In this document: piece by piece, positions 59,031 to 64,000 of the stretch | Layout of the letters: each line of letters begins with the position of its first letter | Position numbering within the stretch: the first letter of the stretch is position 1 | From: the human T2T-CHM13v2.0 reference genome, Homo sapiens | Strand: one strand, 5' to 3' | Length of the DNA stretch: 64,000 nucleotides | Assembly: GCF_009914755.1 (NCBI RefSeq) | Contig: NC_060944.1 | Translations under genes and position numbers: made by a program | Notes under the pieces: model-generated | What the model was told of the DNA's origin: nothing | Database searches by the model: none | Seen by the model: only the letters and a program-made list of their open reading frames with translations

Positions 59031-62000
59031 TAGCTGAATTGCGAGTTCTCTGAGGCCCTGAGCCAAGAAGTCCTTTCATGGTGTTTTATAGCTCTTACCA
59101 TTTTCTCTCTGAAGAAATCTGTGTCCACGTTGATATATTTGGAATTACTTATTGATCTGATTAAGAGTTACAAGTCATTTCCAAAAAAGTTGGAAAATCT
59201 AGATGAATAAAGAATAAAAATAATCTCTATTTCTACGCCTGTAAATATGTCCATTTATATCCCTCCAGCCATCTTCTTTGTAAATATTTTGAACAAAAAG
59301 GATCCCGCTCTATGGCTGATTTTTATTTAATTTATTTATTGAGACAGGGGCCCACCCTGTCACCCAGGCCATAGTGCAGTGACACAATCATGGCTCACTG
59401 CAGCCTCAACCTCCTGGTGTCAAGCAATCCTTCTACCTCAGCCTCCTGAGTAGCTTGGGACCACAGGTGTGCACTGCCACGCCTGGCGAATTTTTAAATT
59501 TTTTTGCAGAGATGGGGTCTCACCATGTTGCGCAGGCTGGTCGTGAACTCCTGGGCTCAAGTGATCCTCCAGCCTCGGCCTCTTAACATGCTAGGATTAC
59601 AGGCATGGTTGATTTTTATAGTCTTTTTTCACCTAAAATGTAATATGCAGTGATTCTATAGCTCTCCCCCAATTTCATCTCTGTGTCCTGAAAGTGACCA
59701 GTTTAGTCCTTGTCACAGTAGAGCCCCCAGTAATTAATCTTAGCAATAAAATTCTATAACTGTGGGATGGAACAGTGTGTCAATTGCGTTTTCGGAGAAA
59801 CCTATGTCCAATTTGCACACAGAACGCCCACAGACCTCTGCTTACTAGCTTGGCTGGAAGGACAGGGTCTGCTGTAAGGACAGCAACCTTACCTAGGGCT
59901 TTTCCAGAGGCCTGAGAGGTCCTGCCAAGGCCCTGGGCTCAGGGGTCCAAGGTGGGAGAGGGCGAGAGAAAACAACGTGCTAATGCAGCCTTGAGTGGCT
60001 CTCAAACAGGAGCAGAGGGAAGGCTGTGAGGGGAGTTGGCTGCTCTCTTTGGAGTCAGAAAGGTTGTTGCTCAACTCTTTGGATTTTCCATCACAGCTGG
60101 GCAGGGAGAGGGTCAGACTGGGCATGACTTCTCCGAACAGGTCCTTTTAAAGCCTCTTGGCTGAACTGATTTCCTCTCCAGAGCCAAGGAAGCAGTGCCT
60201 GGGTGAAGTTAACCCCTTCACCCCCAACACATTCTTCCAGAGCTAGGTGAGCCTGGAAGCCTAGGCTCCTGGAAGGCAGAGCTACACAGGGCAAGAGGCC
60301 TAAGGAGCCGTGAACTCTGGCTGGAGAAACCTTCCCTCTGGCCTTGTTAAATCCAACAGGCATAATTGCATCCTGCTGACCTTAATTCCCCTGGCGGGTT
60401 TAATTGGTCTTGGCATTGCCCCACTTCCTGTCCTGCCCCTGTAGAGGCAAAGAGGGTGTCTGCACAGCTGGTGCAGGGCGGGGAAGCCCCTTCTTGAGGG
60501 TGGGCAGGGGCTCTGGCAGCCCCTAGGTGGGTGGAGGAAGTTTCCCCGTGCCCCACCCCTGTGCCTCCAAGGGAGTGCTGAGAAGCTTGGGGACTCCCAG
60601 GGAGCAGCTGGCTGGAGCAGGCAGTCCCGTAGATTCGGAACCAGGCCAGACTCTCATCCCAGTGGGAGGCACTGCAGGGGAGCTGGCGGGAACAGATGAA
60701 CCCTCTACCTGGGGTGTCCACGACATTATCAGGCCCCCACAGTGCTGTAGGTACTGTGCCATTGGGCACTCTTTACATGTGTGCTGGCTAAATGCTCGCA
60801 GCCATGCTGTGAGAGGGAGGCAATGGGGCAGAGCAGTTATGAGCAGAGCCTTGGGTTAGATGGGTCCAATCCCAACTCTATGACTTTGCCCTGTGACTCA
60901 GTTTTCCTGTCACATCTGTGAAATGGGGATTAAAGAGCTGACATTTATACAGCACTCGCTATGCTCACACTCACTGTTGTAATGCTTTATCTACCTCCTG
61001 GGAGGCAGATGCTCTCCTTACGGATGAGGAAACAGGTGAAGACATTGTTCCAAGCTCACAGTTACTGGTCGCAGCGCTTCATTGACAGATCTCCTAATCA
61101 CTGCATGGTAGGGAGTTGTAAGACTCGAAGGAAGGATACTCATGAAGCTGCTTACCCCAGGGCCTGGTCCATTTTAGAAAGAGTTCAATAAGAGTAATTA
61201 TTTGGGAATAATAATTATAACAAAAGTAGCACTAATGCCCCTGAAGTTGTCCCAGGCTGGATTTTGGTCTCATTGGGAGGTGGCTCTGGATTTGAATGTG
61301 GGTAGTTTGAAGCCATTCACTAGCTGAGTGACTGTGGGGACAAGCCACTTCCCTCTGTGAGCATCAGTTTCCACACCTTTAAAATGGTGTAACATTGGCC
61401 CCTACAGTCCCTTCTGAGGATCCAGGGAGCTGGATCTTTGGCATAGTCTGGCCTGGCCGTTGGTGGGCACTCAATAAATGACTGGTATTGATAACCACAA
61501 TAATAACAAGGAGATGCCAGCAAGGTCCAGCATAGGGAGGTAACAAACTCCAGTCTGGAGCCTTCTGGTTAATCAGTTATTTACTCATCAGACACTGATG
61601 GGCAAGTCCACTCTGTGCTGGGGATGTGTTTAGCCCCTGGCCTTCAGGGGGCTCCCAGACAGTGTCAACCAATGGTGGGATCAGCTGGGGCACTGTGGGG
61701 AGGCCAGAAGCAGGGGACCCAACATTCCAAATTAAACTAAAACATGCTCTGGGCCAGATAGAGGGCCAGGAGGTCCTAATGATCCGCATTAGGACAGGAA
61801 ACATTTCAACCTTTTGAATGCTGCAAGATCCACAAAGGGGTTACTCAGCAGGGAGAAGGGGGCAAGGCACAGGCTGGGACATTTTAGGAAGGGAAGAGGG
61901 CTTTGGAGTTTGAAGAACGACATTCCAAGCTCAACTCCCTTCCTTGCTGAGTGACTTTGGGCAAGCTACTGATTCCTTTAACTCTCCTCGTCCTCATGCA

Positions 62001-63839
62001 GAAAATGAGATGAGCGCTCCCCACAGAGTTATCATCAAGATGATGCTTAAAGGCAAGATGGCTAAAACGAATGACAGGTGCTCAGCAAGTGGAAGCTCCC
62101 TTTCTGCAGGGGACCTGGGTTCAGAGCTCAGTTCAGCCCCTTCCAAGCTGTGACTTTGAGTAAATTACATAACCTCTCCATGCCTTGGTTTCCCCATCTC
62201 TCTAGTACCTACCGCACTGGGTTCTTCTGAAGACCATTTGGGTGGATCAACATGAGAGCATGCAGAGCGAGGCCAGGCACGTGGTCAGTACCGTATAGGC
62301 ATCAGCTGTTACTTTTGCTTCCTGGAAGAGGCAGACTGTTAACTGGACCTTAAAGAAGAGAAATGGAGGAGAGGAGGACCGGGCCTGGAGAGGAGGGCCA
62401 GGCAGAGCAAAAGTAGTCAAGACTGGGGAAAGAGCTCCAACTATGGTTTTTACCAGCTTATACCAAAAACCCTTGACATTTGCTCACAAAACAAAACATC
62501 CCACTCATTTTGAATAGTAGCCTGTTCACATAGTTCATGGTTCAAACAGAAAAGTCAAAGTATATACAGTGATGTCTCCTTCCCACCCTTGGGGCCCAGT
62601 TCCTTGCTTATCCTACCAAATAAATTCTTATGTGCATAAAGTGAAATATATATTATTCATATATTATTCTCCCTTTTTTTTTTGCACAAATGGATAGCAC
62701 ACTCTACATGCTACTTTGCATCTTGCTTTTTTTATTCCCCCCACTTTGGTGGTCACTTTTTGTCAGTTCATTAACAGCTTCCTCAATCTTTTTTTACAGG
62801 TTCCTATTTCCCCACTGCTTAGAGGGGCTGCATTCTCCCTCCTTTCTCTCATCAAGCGTTTTTCCAATGGCTTCCCATTTGACAGAGGAGCCGAGGCCAT
62901 GGAGTGAAGTGACTGGTTTGCTGCAGTCAGGACCTGAACCTGGATAACCACTCTACAGCTACTTCATTTTATCTTACTTTTTAAAATATAAAGACGGGGT
63001 CTTGTTATGTTGCCCAGGCCAGTCTCCAACTCCTGGCCTCGAGTGATCCTCCTGCCTCAGCTTCCCAAAGTGTTGGGATTACAGGTGTGAACCACTGCTT
63101 CTGGCCTCTACAGCTACTTCTAATGCACCCAGGTCTGGCCAGTTCTCAAGAGCCCCCTCTGAGAAAGGCTCTGGGTGATGGAAGGCTCCTTGGATCATAG
63201 CTGTCCTCATCCTATCTCGAACACCTCAGGCTAGAGTGCCCCTCGGGCCACCCCTGTAGTGGAGCATCCTTGAAAAGACTCTCTGCCAGCCCCCTTCTTC
63301 CATGTGGGTCATGGGTGAGAACTGGATGAGCTTGGGGGAGGGGCACAGAGCACTCTCCATCTCCCATGGCTACTCAGGGCAGCCTCCGTGTCCCCAGGAG
63401 CCCAAGAAAAGGACAGTTTCAAAAGAAAAAGCTTCCAGGCCTATGGACATGTTGAGAAAGTGCCCCCGAGACAATTTCTTACCCAAAGGTGACGCAAGCA
63501 GGTCCAGATGTCGAGGCACAGAGCTAGGCACTAGGGTCAGGGAGATTATCCCTGGGACTTTGTGGCTCTAGCCAGGTTCTGGGGAGCCCCAGGAGATGTG
63601 GCACACAGGTGGGCAGACCAGGGCTCAGCCTGGGCATACTCTTGCCCTTCAGGCCTGCCTGAGTACTCCCCTTCTTCCAGGCCCCCTCTGATCCTGTCCA
63701 AGTCAGGGATACTGAGCAAGGCCTGGGGAAAGGGCTGCTCCCCCAGCGTCCCAGATACCCCTCCCTTTTCTCGCTTGTTCCAACATCATTCTCCCCCCAG
63801 TCGGGCCATGGGAAGAATGCCGTGTCCTCTGAACTGGGG

Positions 63840-63970
63840 CCAAGAGTGACAGGTGGCGGCAGTCCCAGCTGCATGGCCCCTGGTGTAAGAGATCCTCTCC
63901 TCCGTCCCCGCCTCCACTGCCCACACCCCTGCCTCCGCCTCTGCCCACCCGGCCCAATCCCTTACAACTG
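63840..63970 (+). promoter_or_regulatory. MYLK2: Probable MYLK2 proximal promoter
   Basis: E-boxes CAGGTG 63850 and CAGCTG 63866, GC box 63906, CCACACCC 63921, CCAAT 63954. MYLK2 is the next gene after TPX2 at 20q11.21 (recalled synteny). Confidence 0.65.
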
Positions 63971-64000
63971 CCCAGGACTGCTCCTGAGCAGCCGCTGGGA
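63971..64000 (+). other. MYLK2: Probable start of MYLK2 exon 1 (5'UTR, runs off window)
   Basis: ggactgctcctgagcagccgctggga matches my recollection of the MYLK2 mRNA 5' end; no coding sequence in the window to confirm. Confidence 0.6.

Overview
Human (primate) genomic DNA. Positions 2020-~46410 carry all 16 coding exons and the 3'UTR of TPX2 (spindle assembly factor and Aurora-A activator) on the + strand. Joining the GT-AG exons gives 2244 nt, i.e. 747 aa + TAA; the promoter and first non-coding exons lie upstream of the window. The introns are packed with Alus (mostly antisense), L1/L2/MIR fragments, a MER4-type solo LTR and hAT MITEs. The 17.5 kb after TPX2 holds an ATP5MF processed pseudogene with a 15-bp TSD, a MEF2/E-box/CRE cluster, and ends in what I recognise as the MYLK2 promoter and start of exon 1. 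Most interesting observations: a decayed duplicate of the exon 7 3' end and donor just after exon 6; an in-frame 108-nt Alu cassette exon; an in-frame alternative donor before the C-terminal tail; a tailless 35-nt U2 retrocopy; a three-layer nested insertion containing a probable SVA2 remnant; and, speculatively, a chain of minus-strand exon-like segments between TPX2 and MYLK2 that could be a dead gene. No prokaryotic-type system (CRISPR, operon) is present. Repeat subfamily names and gene identities are from recall of consensus sequences, not from database searches.
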